A stretch of DNA of 64,000 nucleotides from Phoronis australis (lineage: Eukaryota; Animalia; Phoronida): assembly GCA_002633005.1 (NCBI GenBank), contig NMRA01000213.1:550996-614995 (forward strand). The letters run 5' to 3'. Numbering within the stretch: the first letter of the stretch is position 1; every line of letters begins with the position of its first letter. Made by a program: the position numbers and the translations under genes. The notes beneath the pieces are model-generated. The model was not told where the DNA came from. It did not search any database and saw only the letters and a list, made by a program, of their open reading frames with translations. Below, piece by piece: positions 13,742 to 27,545 of this stretch.

Positions 13742-15429
13742 GTAATAGTTAATAATATTTCAACATATATTTTTCATTTGACGGACTTCGTTGCAACTTT
13801 CTAAGATGTACGATGATAAATTTAAGAAGTGTACCACGAACCGAGTTGTGATTCTTCCTTCTTGTTGCCTGACAACTGGCGTAAGCTGGAGTGTGTTTTG
13901 TGAGGCTTATTAGGGTTAAACAGTGAAAATATAGTTAATGTATATAAGTCAATCAATGTCACTACTTTTCTTCATTGGAGTCAACTGTTAAGGGTAAACT
14001 AAGACACAGCATACACGTGACAGCAGTAGACCAATAAAATAATAAGTTGTGTCAAGGCTTCAGACGTTATACATCACAGCCATTGAAATTAAAAAATGTT
14101 CTTTCACCAAAATTATTCCTGGTAATATCACAATAATGCATGTTAGAGCCTTGGACAAAGTATGAAACAAAGTAAGATTCAAATAATCAAATGCTTGCCT
14201 TGGCTTACTTATTTTACTTGATGTAAACGAGTGCTTATCCCAAGTGGATACTACTCTCCAAAGACAGAAAATCGTTTGTTTCTTTTGAGCATGACATTTT
14301 TCTGTCAATAATGGCTCACTGTGACTGTAGACGGACATACAACTGGTCTAATACGTGCAAGACTGTTGTACTTTAGGATATTATCGAAGGCATTCGACCG
14401 TAGAACCTGCCACACAAACTGTTCTGAGTTTTGGCGGTAAGACGCCTCGAGCAACTGTGTCAAACGCTTTTCAAAGGTCTTGAAAAAAAAGGAGTCGATG
14501 CTGCTCAATATATTGCCAAACACGCATATCGGCACTGAATTGGCGCTATCCAGCCACAAAAGCGAGATACTGTAATTTGTATATGCTAAGCCAAGCAAAT
14601 AGTTGATATTTGTTTTTTCATTCATGTCTTGGCGTACCAAACAGTGTTCGTTCTTGCTTCCCTAGAGTGACGCTTTTCAACAAAACGTGACTTTGGCGGA
14701 AATTCATGAGGGTTGCGGTCTTAGCCGAAGAACACAGGTCTTGACTCCGTTTAGATATCAGAACCTATTACATGTATGATTTTTACCTTACTTTATATAA
14801 TGCACATCTGAATCTTGCAAGTTTTCTTTAGGGAAAAAGCAAAGAAAATTTTACACAAGTTTAAACTTGTCTGTCACCAATTCAGCCTGACCCCGGGCTA
14901 AAACCTGTTGATCCACCCTGCGTCCTGCTGAGACCAGTTAAACCCATCGGTCTTACTTAATTTATATGTCCGTTATCGATCCCCCCCTCCCGTCGAAGGT
15001 TCTGTAAGTTTTAGAATACAAAGAGATAAATATTGCCTGGTCTTACATTATGGCTTAGAAATAAGCAACCCCCCACCCCCAGAGTTGGGAATGCTGCTGT
15101 GACATATATTGTGGCAATAGACACACATGTACATGTACATGTACATGTATGTTTCCACCGGGGCCACAATAGATGTCGCGTTTGACAATGTAATACCCCT
15201 TTACCCGCTTAAAATTGTTTGAAATCTAAATAGGAAGTATGCAGGAAACGGACACTCTTTAATTACAATGATAGATGACAAACAAAGGCGCCATTTGAAG
15301 TCTGAAACGTGGTTAAGAATGTTGCACAGATGGTAAGAAATTGATCAATCGTGTTAGAAGAATAAACGGGAAAATAACTGATAACTCTCTTAGCTTTTGC
15401 TGACTGCATATAATCATACGCTGTTGAAG

Positions 15430-15597
15430 ATACCCCACGAAATAAATATGGGGGATGGTCGCACTGGGGAGCCTGGTCCAATTGCGCTGTGCCGACAGAC
15501 ACTACCCGACGTAGGAGTCGAAACTGTACCAACCCGTTGCCTCAAAAAGGTCGCCACTGCCTCGGAACGCCAGTCTCTTACGAGGCCTGTCCAAACG
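15430..15597 (+). CDS. Exon: thrombospondin type-1 (TSP1) repeat
   Basis: DTPRNKYGGWSHWGAWSNCAVPTDTTRRRSRNCTNPLPQKGRHCLGTPVSYEACPN. Donor G|gtagg, phase 1-1. Acceptor weak (ttgaag). Confidence 0.85.
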
Positions 15598-16272
15598 GTA
15601 GGTACATTTTTTCTAATACCATGAAGCTGTTTGATAGCTGAGAACAGTTATGGCGGTGACTGAACAAAACATAATCAAATTGGATTGTTACCGAATACAG
15701 TCACCCTGAAGGTGCAGTCTTTTGTGTTTGTGTGGAATAAGTCTGTTATTTTTGAGTAGGAGAATGTATGTTCTGGCGACTTTTTATTTGGCATATGCAA
15801 CTCGATGCACACCCTGGAATGAGACAATTTCAACTATGAATATTTATGTGATCCTTGAGCGTGTGTTGCCTTAAAATCTACTGACACATGTTTAGACTAC
15901 ATGGAGCTCATTTGAATGCATTCGGTAACTTTTGTCAACCACTAACACTTGTGAACAAGTGTGATGAAGCCTTACAGCTGCTGATAAATTGATGCTCAGC
16001 GTAATCATTATCTTGATAAACGGCTGTAAAGAAAAAAATATTCCACCTCTTACACGTTGTAGTGTAGTGAGAGACCTTGTTAGAGGAATGTGTCGTTCAC
16101 CTTTTTGGCGTGAAAGTAGATGAGCAACGTCAGGTAGAATAACCAGTTTTGGATGAAATAATCAAAATCGTTAAGTAAGTTTAGTGCACCAGACATACAG
16201 AATGCTGCTATATTTACGGGAAATCAAAGTTTTTAGAATTTCGTTTTTGTTTTGACCTTTCCCCCAAAACAG

Positions 16273-16785
16273 TTGATGGGAATTGGACATCGTGGTCGAA
16301 GTGGACGGCCTGTTCACTTTCCTGTGGTGGAGGTTCACAAAGTCGAACGAGGAACTGCACGGAACCTTTCCCCATGAATGGCGGCCGGGACTGCGTAGGT
16401 AGCGCAGAGGAGACAGTCAGATGCAATCCCTCTCCGTGCCCAATAAATGGACATTGGTCCGACTGGATAAATCTGACGCCATGCAGTGTTTCTTGCGGCA
16501 GAGGGCTTTATAATAGATCAAGGAATTGTTCGAGTCCTTCGCCTGCGCATGGGGGGCTATACTGCCCAGGAAACAGTTCAGAACTTATCGTCTGCAACAC
16601 TCGGCCGTGCCCAATCGATGGAAACTGGAGTTCATGGTCAGAGTGGTCAAAGTGCTCGTCGGATTGCGGCTTTTCAGTTCGAAATAGAACTCGAAACTGC
16701 ACAAACCCAGCGCCAGCCTTCGGGGGTATCGGCTGTGAGGGAAATGACACAGACATATCAGTTTGTGAGGTGCATAAGTGCACTA
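16273..16785 (+). CDS. Exon: three TSP1 repeats
   Basis: aacag|TTGATGGGAATTGG..ACTA|gtaag. Three WSxWxxCSxSCG..RxRxC..P..GG..C units. Confidence 0.93.
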
Positions 16786-18056
16786 GTAAGTTACCGTTGC
16801 TCTTGTTGTGACAAATTGTATTCCTTTCTTTGTTTTCATGGTCTATGCATTTGATTGACAATGAAACAACATTGCGAGTTGAAACTGAATCGTGTCACGT
16901 CTTCACTGTATTCCATGTAGGATACATGTACACTACTTAGTCTTGTTTCATTTTATGGAGCACACTCCAGGTTTTGCTAATGACCATAAAGCTCTAGGCA
17001 TCGAATGTCAATTCGCGGACGCATCCTACTGTATACTGTAGTTACGTTTGTAAGAGCTTGCAGCCCGATATTTAACAATACTGGCCGCGCACTGTGAATT
17101 ATCGGTTATCCGCCCGACTGGGTTCTGGTAGAGTGTTGCAGTTATCAAGTCCAATTTAGTTGCTTCATTTTATTTGGTGTCTTTTGTTCATAATGCAACC
17201 ATCAAGCAACACTGTTGAGTTACGGTTTCTAACAACATGCAATTTCTCGGTAAAAGCAGTTTACAAACCCGACAAATATTCTAATATAGACTGAATTTAT
17301 TTGGGAGAAGTTTACGGTGATAACAGTTCTAAATTTACTTCGTCTGTACTAAACAAACAGTCCACCCTAACACCTATGTTCTATAGCAAGAACACCGTAA
17401 GAAAGAAATGCAAACAAATTCCACGCATGCGCGGCCTAACCTCAACCGCGCAGGATCAAATTTGGCATTCTAGGTACACGACGTTATGCTAATGACCAAT
17501 CTTTTATGTAAGGCAACAAGTCTTTTGGACAATGACAAGCTTGCAACACGCGTTCATTAACATTTGGAATTGCTAACACGAATGAAACCGTTGTGCAAGA
17601 GTTATCAAGCAATTGCCTAAACTCGCTTACGTCATGAAGTTTTAATAGGAGAATCCATTTGCGAATTGAAGCAGGCCCGCACCCAACCCCCCCCCCCCCA
17701 GAAACTACCGAAAATTGGCGAATGCACAATTCATGGCTCTAAACGCACCCAGTGAAATGTCCACATTCTCAAAAATTCGAGCCCCTTCCCCATTTTTAGG
17801 CTGGTCGCCACAATGTGAAGAACCACTGAAATCCAGCTGTTGCTGTAATATGCTGTACCGAATACCATGCTTGTCAAAACAAAAACAAGCCACGAACTTT
17901 TCACTGGCGTCTAAAGTTCATCTAAATACAGACAAAAACGAACCTTCCTCTGCGGTCCTTTAAGTGAGCTTGCGTGCCGAAACGTGTCATTCGTGGAAGG
18001 ACTGATGAAATCGGCGCTCGTTTTACACCTTTGCATGCCTTTCCTAAATTTTGCAG

Positions 18057-18137
18057 CTTCTCCTAGTGACGTCATTGATGACCAAGGTGCAACCAGCAGC
18101 GTAGCTGTTGAGCGTATCGAATACATACCGGACTCGG
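18057..18137 (+). CDS. Short linker exon
   Basis: ttttgcag|CTTCT..TCGG|gtaag, 81 nt, phase 1-1, open frame (TSPSDVIDDQGATSSVAVERIEYIPDS). Confidence 0.6.
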
Positions 18138-19970
18138 GTAAGATTTGTCTTCATCACCTGCCATTATTTTGATATCGTTTTATACAGAATATGAACTTTT
18201 AGATATGACTATTGGAATGAACATCGTTGTTGTTTGAGTTTAGTCAAGCTACCAAACTAACGTTTAGGTGCATGGCTCCGGGGTCATGAACACAAATCAT
18301 ACCGGTGAACTCGATTAACTGACTGAATGAAGTCTCCCTACACTCATTAAAGACTCGGCTTATGGTTCCAAAAGGCACTGCTCCTGTAGTGGCTAAACTG
18401 AAGTCGCTTGATCAAAGGTGCTTAGAATAACCACTTTTATATTAAACGAAAACTAAACCCCACGAGCCCAACCCAATGTCAAATTAGAACACCTGTAAAC
18501 ATTATCTTACGATATGTTTATTAGCTGATTTTGAACTACAAGGAATTATTCGTCAAAAGTTTCTACTTAAATTCAACAACCAATCTATTATTTTTGTTGT
18601 GAAAAGTCGTCAGACGTTTGTGCTTACTTCCCCCGACAATTATGGTATAACAAGTAATGGCGAGGCGTTGTGTTGGTGCTAGTCGTGGCAATTAATAATT
18701 GTCCAGGCTTCAGCTTTCCAGGTTCCAGCGGGCCACTAGTGAAGCACAGGTATGACACTAGTTTGTACAAGAAACTCGCGTGCTAGTGGACGCGACCTTC
18801 TTAAGCTGGGTAGGATCATACGTCACACTCCGAGGAGCTTTCACTCGAACCACTTTTCTTCCATTGCAGTGTATTTCGTTTTTGGGACATTGACATCTCG
18901 ATCGTGATATCCAGTGTTATTAAGGATGGTTTAGTGATGCTGGCAATGTAATCTCTTGCCAAAACAAAATGAATGGTGGTTGTAAGCACTTTATGTCACC
19001 TTACGTTAGCGTCTCATTGACAAGAGTAGACAGACGGTGGTCTTCAAGTTAATTTAATAAGTCTTGCTTTATTGTCCTGCTTGTTTACTAGTATATAGCA
19101 GTTGATTGACATGTACCAACAACAACTAAGTCTTACACACACCAGATAGCGCTTGATGAGATCACCATACATACATGTACCACATTTCAGTTGAATCTCT
19201 AAAATGGTTGCAATTCCAAAAATGGTCGTCTCAGCGGCATCTTGCTTCCGTTTGTGCCCTAGAATCATAGCTCTCAAGACACTGATGATTAACAGTTCGT
19301 CTGTTGTATATACCATGAGAAAAAAATAATGATATTGTCACTTTGGAAATTGAGAATTCTAAAAAAACAATTATAATATACTGGGAAAAACAGGAAGATA
19401 TGTGACCTTGTCAAGGTATCACGTGACTTGGTGTCAGACATTGGTATTGTGTGATCTCATGCAAATGCGAGACACTGTGACAACTGGGGGGCTGGTGCTG
19501 CCTGATGGTGAGGAGATAGAACGAAAATCGATGTGTTAGTCTCTATTAGAACAAGACGAAGAAGTGCGGATTCATTGTTACGATCGATGAGAACAGGGGG
19601 GTGGAAGACAAGACTTGGGTCGTTGTGATCGGGAATGAGACTGTGGAAGATGTAATGAAGGAGGGTGGTACTTGCCCAACCCAGGCAGCAGAGTTCTAGG
19701 ATGCGTATCTTGTTTGCACACCAAGGGCTCGGTTGTCAGGTCTTGGCCTAAACGGTCGTAACTTCAAAATTTACTTTACACACAGTTCATTGTCATTACT
19801 GTGATGGAGGTAGAGTGAATATGAACAATTGCCAAGTGAGCGCCAGCTGCAGAGTTGTGTATTTTTGAAAAAGCAGCTTGCAACCTTGAATAAAAGTACA
19901 TTGTACCCCCAAGTCAATTCATGCATAACACGACATCGGTTTGACAATTAAATATTGAAGTCACTTTCAG

Positions 19971-20255
19971 ACTTTTGCAACCGCTTAGCTGGCGAACAAC
20001 TTCAAATCGTCTCCCTGAAAGGTCGTGCCCTCAAACTCCTCCCCAACGCAAGTGGTCATAGTCAAGGAAATGTCGAAAGTGAACTACAGTGTGTCCAAGC
20101 ATGTTTGAAGACACCAAGATGCAGGTCGAGCAATTTTCACACGTCACATCACTCCTGCCGCTTCAGGAACAACACGTGGACAGACCAGACTCCTGCATAT
20201 GACGATATGAAATACAAGAGCAGAACCAACCATTTGATTTTTGGTTGCGTTGTTG
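19971..20255 (+). CDS. Exon: PAN/apple domain 1
   Basis: ctttcag|AC..GTTG|gtacg. SELQCVQACLKTPRCRSSNF..SC matches the PAN pattern C-x3-C-x5-C-xSxNF-x5-C. Confidence 0.85.
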
Positions 20256-21521
20256 GTACGTAAAGTAAATTTGCATGATTTCAGTTGATCTAAGCCCACC
20301 TTCAAATGTTAAAAATTCGAATGACAGAAAAGGAAATTTTGGTTTAGCCACCTCTGCCCTTGTAAAACTGGGTATAGCTCAGTAACACTAATGTCCATGG
20401 GCGCACCCTGGTGAACTGGGCAAAAAGTTTCGCCTCAGTGAAACAAATAGTCCGAGTAAAGAAGACGAAATTCCACAAAATCCACGGGAAGTCGGCGCAG
20501 ATGCACGATTTTCGTGGAGCTGAACATAGTGGCCCCGTTTTTTAGTCCTCGTTGATTTCTTTCCGTAAAAGGTCAGCATATCCAAAAATTCGACCCCCCC
20601 CCCTATATTTTAGGCTCGATGCGAGCAGGGTGTTTAGCTAAGTAACCAAGATCTCTCGAAATTCCGTCGTGTATTTTCATTGAGAACACTCGTTAGATTT
20701 GCGAGAAATTTTTTGAACTGGAGTCTGGTCTCACCTCCTTCCCAATAAAATTAAAACTGATTTCTGGACTTACAAAGAACCGTCTGACAGACGTGTTTTT
20801 TTTTCTTAGCAGTGGATATTGGTGTGGACAGAAGTGGCAACTGACCTGTCGTAAGCTCCACCCCCTTGCGAAATGTCGACGAAAAACAATAATTTTCGCT
20901 CGGTAACGTGTTGTTTGTCGGACAAAATGGCGGCTTGGACACGAAGGTGTGTCAAGAATGCTTCTTTCCATTTGGTCAGTTAAGTCGTAATTTAAAATCT
21001 TGGCGATAGGTGAATTCCTTAGTGATTGCAACCACACTGAAAGTCTTCGCTTGACCCAGCTAAGCATTTGCGGTGCCGAGCGTTTTCTCTAACAGTGTCC
21101 GGAATCATGTATTGTCTGAGTATTGAAATAACGGCAACCGGTTTAACGTTACGTGACCCGAATTATAAATTACCATTTGCCAAATTGGCTTTACGGTTTT
21201 AAAACTTAAACTGATTAATTGACTGCACTCATTCATTCAAATGCTTTTATCGGCGTCTGATTGAAATGCATGAATACTAACTCAGCCATCCATTTCCCTT
21301 GCAGTGTATTAGATTTTCAAGTTATATAATTAGCTCTAAACTCTATGAACTCGTCAGCGCTCTGGATTTTCGAATGCGACATTCTTGACAACCCGAGATA
21401 TCCCCTGCTCTTGTTTTATAACGATAGACCTTATATTTCTGAGCGTGCCCATGTTGGCGTTGGTTGTGCGTATCACCAATTAGTGACACACCCTTCATTA
21501 GTATATACTTGCTTTTATATG

Positions 21522-21678
21522 CCGGGGCGGATCAAGGATTTTGAGTTAGGGGGGAGGGGGGCAGAGTATTAACCATGATTTTGCACGTCATCCATTCACA
21601 ACCGCCGAATCGTCAAATGGAATTTGAAAATTTAGGGTGGGCCATGGCCCTCTTGGGCCCCCCTTGAATCACCCACTG
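21522..21678. mobile_element. hAT-type MITE family CAG(T/G)GGCGGA, copy 1
   Basis: Reverse-orientation match to the copies at 22270, 40638 and 45559 (ggattttgagttagggg core). Confidence 0.65.
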
Positions 21679-22269
21679 ATGTGTTCTCTCCAACTTTATC
21701 CTCACCTTAGGACAAAAGTTCCTTATATCTATCGGTCGAATTGTTACTGTCGTTTTGCAACCGTCGGTGATCAATCTGGTTGTTAAAGTGTCGTTATACA
21801 GGTAATTACGGCCTCGGGAAATTATCTGAGTAATAGTTTGTCAAGATGTGCAGAGACCAGAAAATATCCAGCAACTATATTACGTGTACATAAACACCTT
21901 TTAAGTTTAAGGGATACAAACCACGTTTTGGTGATTTCAACCAATCATTGTTCTGTGCCTTGCTATTGCACCATCGGGGTCTCACTCGAGTTATAAAAGC
22001 AACGTTCATGTAAGAACACACAATCTTCTGCTAGGGCTCAAAACAGATACTACGATTCTTGATGGGTGGCCGTGCCGTACGAGTCGCCTAAAATGCAAGT
22101 CACGCTTGTCCGTTTAACATACTTCGTAAGTAGTTTTCAAAATGTCTCCAAACTTTTTAACGCAGGCGAGGGTTAGTGAGCATTGCTTTGTTTTGTAGAG
22201 CTGGATAGGAAAGTCGCCGTTAACTTTTGTCAATAGGCCAAAACAGGTTTTTAGTTTCCTTTTAAAAGC

Positions 22270-22418
22270 AGTGGCGGATTTAAGGCATTGCCAAGGGGGT
22301 AATGCCCCCTCTAAAATTCTCCTAAATTTCGTGTGGCACAGCGGGGGTGCGAATGGCTTATGGGCAAACCCTGGCTAATATTCTGCCGCCCTAACTCAAA
22401 ATCCTGGATCTGCCCCTG
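22270..22418. mobile_element. hAT-type MITE family CAG(T/G)GGCGGA, copy 2
   Basis: CAGTGGCGGATT ... GGATCTGCCCCTG termini. Confidence 0.7.
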
Positions 22419-22554
22419 AAAAGATTCATGATCTAAGGTGTCTTGGCATTACCAGTAACATAGCGCTGGACGCTCTGCCACTCCCCGTTGCAATAGCATA
22501 GTCCTACCAAGTTACCAATGACTATTCCATTTTCATGACATGTTGATTTTGCAG

Positions 22555-22729
22555 GGAACGTGTGCCCGATCGGCTGGTTGCCTCTTGAATCGAGTTGTTA
22601 CGGTTTGTTCGTTACTTCACACCTGCTGACCTACGAGCTAGCCAAGCTTCACTGTGCGCTTCGCAACAGCCACCTTGTGTTCCTGAACAGTTATGTGGAA
22701 ATCGAGTACCTTCTCAGTACGATAGAAAG
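22555..22729 (+). CDS. Exon: C-type lectin domain 1, N-terminal half
   Basis: ttttgcag|GG..GAAAG|gtacg (phase 1-2). CPIGW..SCY..A..HC..HLV....E.EYL. Confidence 0.9.
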
Positions 22730-25700
22730 GTACGTGTCATCGATCTCTGAAGCAGATATTGCACACCCTAATAAAAACATCACAGCAAACTGTTGACGAA
22801 CAAATTTCGTTGACATATCACAATCTAGTGACCTAGTCAAAGAATTGAAACCTGTTCAATTGGACTAAATGGTCCTTGAGAGTGACGCTCCCTTGTTGAG
22901 GAATAGCTGAATGATAGGGATAGGGGGACAGGTGGAGATTCCCGCTCTGCTCTCGCGAGACACAATCTAAAGTAACGTTCCAAGCAGTAGGCCAAGCAAA
23001 CCTTCCACCTCCGTGTTCATCATTTAAGTGATGGGGATATACATGTATGTCTTAATGAAGATGACCTCATTGACGCCTCTTCCGACTCAGTTCTTGTTTA
23101 TTCTTAAAATTTCAATGTAGCCATTATCGAAGTCGTGGCTTATTGCACCGCCGACGAAACACCTTCCCCACGTTACTGCAGTGTTGGTACAACCCTTTCC
23201 AAATGGGTTCCTGAGTTTCCTCGGTACACGCGTCGGTACAACTGTCACCCTCACAACGGAAGTGATACGCTACCTCGCAGACGTTTTATTTAACAGGTGT
23301 GTCCTTGGATGCACTTAGAAATGCCGGATAATGTTACCTGGACAGCGAGCAATATTGATCCCACAACCAGACCTAATACGCTACACAGTAACTTTTAGGC
23401 AACCCTCTATGTACGGAAACGACACTCTAGCAACAGACCGATTCTTACTTTTTAGCACGTTACTCATCGCACACCTGGAATACTCGCAATAGGACAAGGC
23501 AGTTTAAAGGTGTTTAGTAAATACCGTAGTCCAGTTAAACAGATTAAATTTTGTTGATTATGAAGTTTACTGGATGGATAAAGAGCTACATTTCAAGAAT
23601 CTATTGGCCATAACTATGTCCAATTAAAGATCGTCTGCTTTAGATTCGAAAATCGAAAAAGCACAGTCGGACAATGCAGTGCGACTTACCTGCATATATG
23701 AAACGATATTTTCCAGCTATACCATGGTGGTCTCACGAAAACCAGGTACCAATTGTATGCTAAAGGTTTTAAATGATTGCTCATTTAGAGTTTCAACTCC
23801 AAGTTTATTCGTGAAACGTATTTCACACACCGCCTCGTTTAGTTTTGAATTTGCAATAGGTAGCGAAAGTGTAATTTGCACGTCCTCCTACATAAATACC
23901 GACTCGGTGTGTATCTTAAAATCAAAAATCAAACACTAAAACTTGTTTTTATAGTCTTTTCTAATTTTTCTTCACAATTAATTTTGCCCGAATTTCGGTC
24001 TTAAGTTAGACAATTCTTGGTCTTATAGCGTTATTAGATTTAAGTTACTTTTCATGAAAAGACCCGCAGGCGTTCCCCAGCTACATGTGCTATGAAGCTG
24101 CGCGTACATACTGTATACATGCTTCCCTTTATAATCTATTTACACGCAATTCTTGTAGTAACACCAATTTCCGTTTCGCTTCGGACCGCGAGCTCTTTCA
24201 GAAAGATCGTCTATTTCCACGCCGAAGACGAAACTACCAGTACTTTGCCAAACCTAACTCCGTCTTCTGTAAGATCAGAAATTGTGCGCGTTAGCTGTTC
24301 GTTAAAAGCTTATTTCGTGTGATGTTGCAAAGATTCTGCAAGCGAACAAATTCTTTTTGCTCGCAATTTCGGTCAGAAATGACTTATACGTGTAGTTTAT
24401 GAGATGTATATGAGGAAATTTTCGTTTTCGAAAAAAATGATTTTTCCAAGTACCCAACAACGATAGCTCCCATACATGTATGTGACGTGCATGAATGATG
24501 TCAAAGAGTGTATTAGCTCTCCCTTCCGTTATCCAGACTATCTATTAATTCCATGCCGTATTGAGTTGGTCATATAATCGAAAGGGGTAAACTATTCGTA
24601 TTTCGGATAACTTAAGAGGACACCAAACCAGGTTTAGCCAATTAATAGATACTAAAACGACTTTTCCAATTTTCTGAAGCAAAATAATATGGTCATTAAT
24701 TCTCGACAACCCTGAAAAATTTGGAGGGAAAGTTCAAAACTCATTTCAAAATCTACTAAACGGGAAAACGTGACCTTCACTTTGAACGACAGTTGTAAGA
24801 AAAGAACAACCGACAAGGACCACAGTGTCCAATCTGTGACATAGGGATTATGAGTTTTGAGTTCATTCCTGTGTTTAACGTGGAAGACTGACGCCATTGA
24901 TGCAGTAGCAGATGACAGAACTAGGAGGGGTGGTGAATCATCAAAACAGAGCTTAGTATCCATTAAATATTCCACGAGTGACAACTGGTTCAGCCATATA
25001 TGAAAATACATGTTCCTCGACTGAACAGTTTTGGCGATAACCTACCAGGTGGTGAATGCTGTGCCCTAAGAAAGGAATTCCGTCAAGTGTTGGCCTCGAT
25101 TACGCTCAGGCATCAAGGACAAAGATCTAATTGCTTTACTCAAACTCGAAATTGTTGATAATACTTCTCGGGCTACCTTGGTATGAATGCGTGTTTACTG
25201 GTAAGCATTCTGGACTCGAATACTATGTAGTTTACATGGATAACTGTTTAATCATGTTGTACACTTGATGAACTCCGCAGTAAAACTATAACTTTGAGTC
25301 TGAACTCGAAATGTCGAGTTTTCATTCGAAATCTCGATTTTTACTCGCCGAGTTGGTAGCCGGAATCTAGAGACCATTGATTGGAAATTTGGACTACGTT
25401 ATAGTTTGCATAATCCCAAATATACTTAAGCACAGAATAATACAATCATCTTTACTTCGTATCAAAAAGGAAAACAGAAATTCCAAATATTTTTTCTATT
25501 TCCATTTCGAGTAAAACGATTAGATCGCAGTTCCAGGTGTTTCGTAACAGGTACTACTTAGGGGGCAACAAGACAAGGCATTTGTCGAAAATAGATTCAA
25601 AGAAGGATCGTTTGACTACTGTTGTCACGTTCTCAAAAAGCACGAAAATTTCATTCCTGGAAGGAGTTTCCTAAAGCATTGTCATCCGGTTCAATTTTCT

Positions 25701-27336
25701 TTAGTAGGAAACACCAATCATTCTACGGTTATGAATGCTGAAATTTTGGTTTTGATACGTTAGCGCCACACATTGATGTGCAAAGCACGCAAAAATACAT
25801 GGCGTAAACTGTTGTTAACGTTTGAAGTGAAAAACGCCTTTTGATTTTTTTACAATATTTATGTTGATTTCGCTGGCAAAGTCACGGGGTGCACGACGGA
25901 GCTGATACCCACCCACCCCCCCCCCCTTTAATGCATAAAACTTCTCCCACACTCGAACCTCATGCCTTAACTTTGCTCCCCTTTTTTACAAAGTGTCTAC
26001 AAGTTGTCATACCTACCTCGCTCGCCAAAACTTTACGTTTAGCCCCCATAGCCAGACTTATACGATGGCACTTGGCTTTCCTCCACTTCGACTGCTGGTT
26101 CATGACCGGTGGTAATCACATGTAGCCAGTTTTGTCAAGCGCCCAGTAGAATGAACCAGAAAGCTTGTTGTAGATTACTGTCTAGATTTAACCATGGTTG
26201 TAAATGCTTGAATTTGGTTACCAACTATTTTGGGCATGCTATTTTAGTTGCGCCTTATTCAATTTGTGTATTTGTAATGAGGAAATAAACGCAAAGATTC
26301 AGGACTGTCCGCAGACTGAGTAGACACTGACACGGGTTGACTCGCCGAAGACGCTGACGGGAAAAGGTCTAGTTCGTACGGGATCAAACACGCAAAGTCT
26401 GTCGTTTTGGTGAAGTCTAACTTATTACATATTTCACTCGTGGCCTCAGTGTCTTCACTCCATCGCAGTATTCACAATACTCGTCAAGATCGCTCTCTAA
26501 GTTTCCGTAACTTCACTTCTATCCGCCATTCCATATACACATGTATGCTGCAAACTGATCCACGTCTTCCACTGATGATATTCTTTATATAAGCACAGAC
26601 TCAGAAATACCTTTCGCATTATAACCGGGTTCCCATTCATTCCCGTGCACACATTCGCTAGTGAGACCGAGTACTTTTCACGAGCTATTCCAACATGCTA
26701 TTGAAGAACTTTCCAATGAAAGTTAGAAAATGCTAATGTCACCCCCATTAATTGTCTATAATCATGTTGGTGATGGGCAAATTTGCAGCTGATTAGCTAA
26801 GTTGCATGTTTTTTAAGACAGATGCGGATATGCCATGAAGGTAATGAATCCACGACGTGGCGAAGAGGAAGGGGGGGGGGATTGGTCAGAGCAGATTTGT
26901 GCGAAAATATATTTACTTTTCTGACCAGCCTGCAGCCGATGCGTTAAAAATATGCAGTGATTTGATTTGTCAGCACAATGTCAAGACATGTGGCAACACG
27001 TATTATGGTGAGGAGGAAAACACACTTCTCATAAACGAATCACCAAAACTTATCCAGGTGCAGTTTTCATGAAAAATTGAGATGACAATAATGGGTATGG
27101 GGAAAGAAGAAGAGGTATACGAATCGAGAAAAAAGAATTGTGTTCACGATCAAGCCACTGTGTCTCTGAGCAATGCCTATGATTCATTACGGAAGGCGTG
27201 GCTCATACAGATACATGTAATAACGTTTGAACAGGGTAACTTGAATATTCGAGAAACAGTTGAAAGTTTTCCAAAATCTATTATGAATTAAATGGCGAAT
27301 GTTTTATGCTTGCTCGTAAATTCATCGCATTTTCAG

Positions 27337-27545
27337 ATTTAACGTCTCATCTTTGACGTTCTGGTTAAGTAAGGTGCATGGAACATATGCAAAGGCTTGG
27401 ATGGTACCAACTGCTCCTGGATTCCATAAAGAGTCTCTCCCTGCGGACATGTGCACCAGCGCCACCTGTGCCAATGGTCGTTGTGACGAGATGCGAGAGT
27501 TGTGCACGGCTAAACGACACGTCATATGCGAGAAAAACAAACCGG
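27337..27545 (+). CDS. Exon: C-type lectin domain 1, C-terminal half (divergent, no EPN/QPD or WND)
   Basis: ttttcag|A..CCGG|gtgag (phase 2-1, joins the previous exon in frame). FWL..MCTSATCANGRC..CTAKRHVICEK. Confidence 0.8.

Noticed and set aside
23297-23387. Possible exon (taacag|GTG..ACA|gtaac) between the two CTL1 exons
   Set aside because: Open only in phase 0, whereas the flanking CTL exons join in phase 2; no domain similarity.
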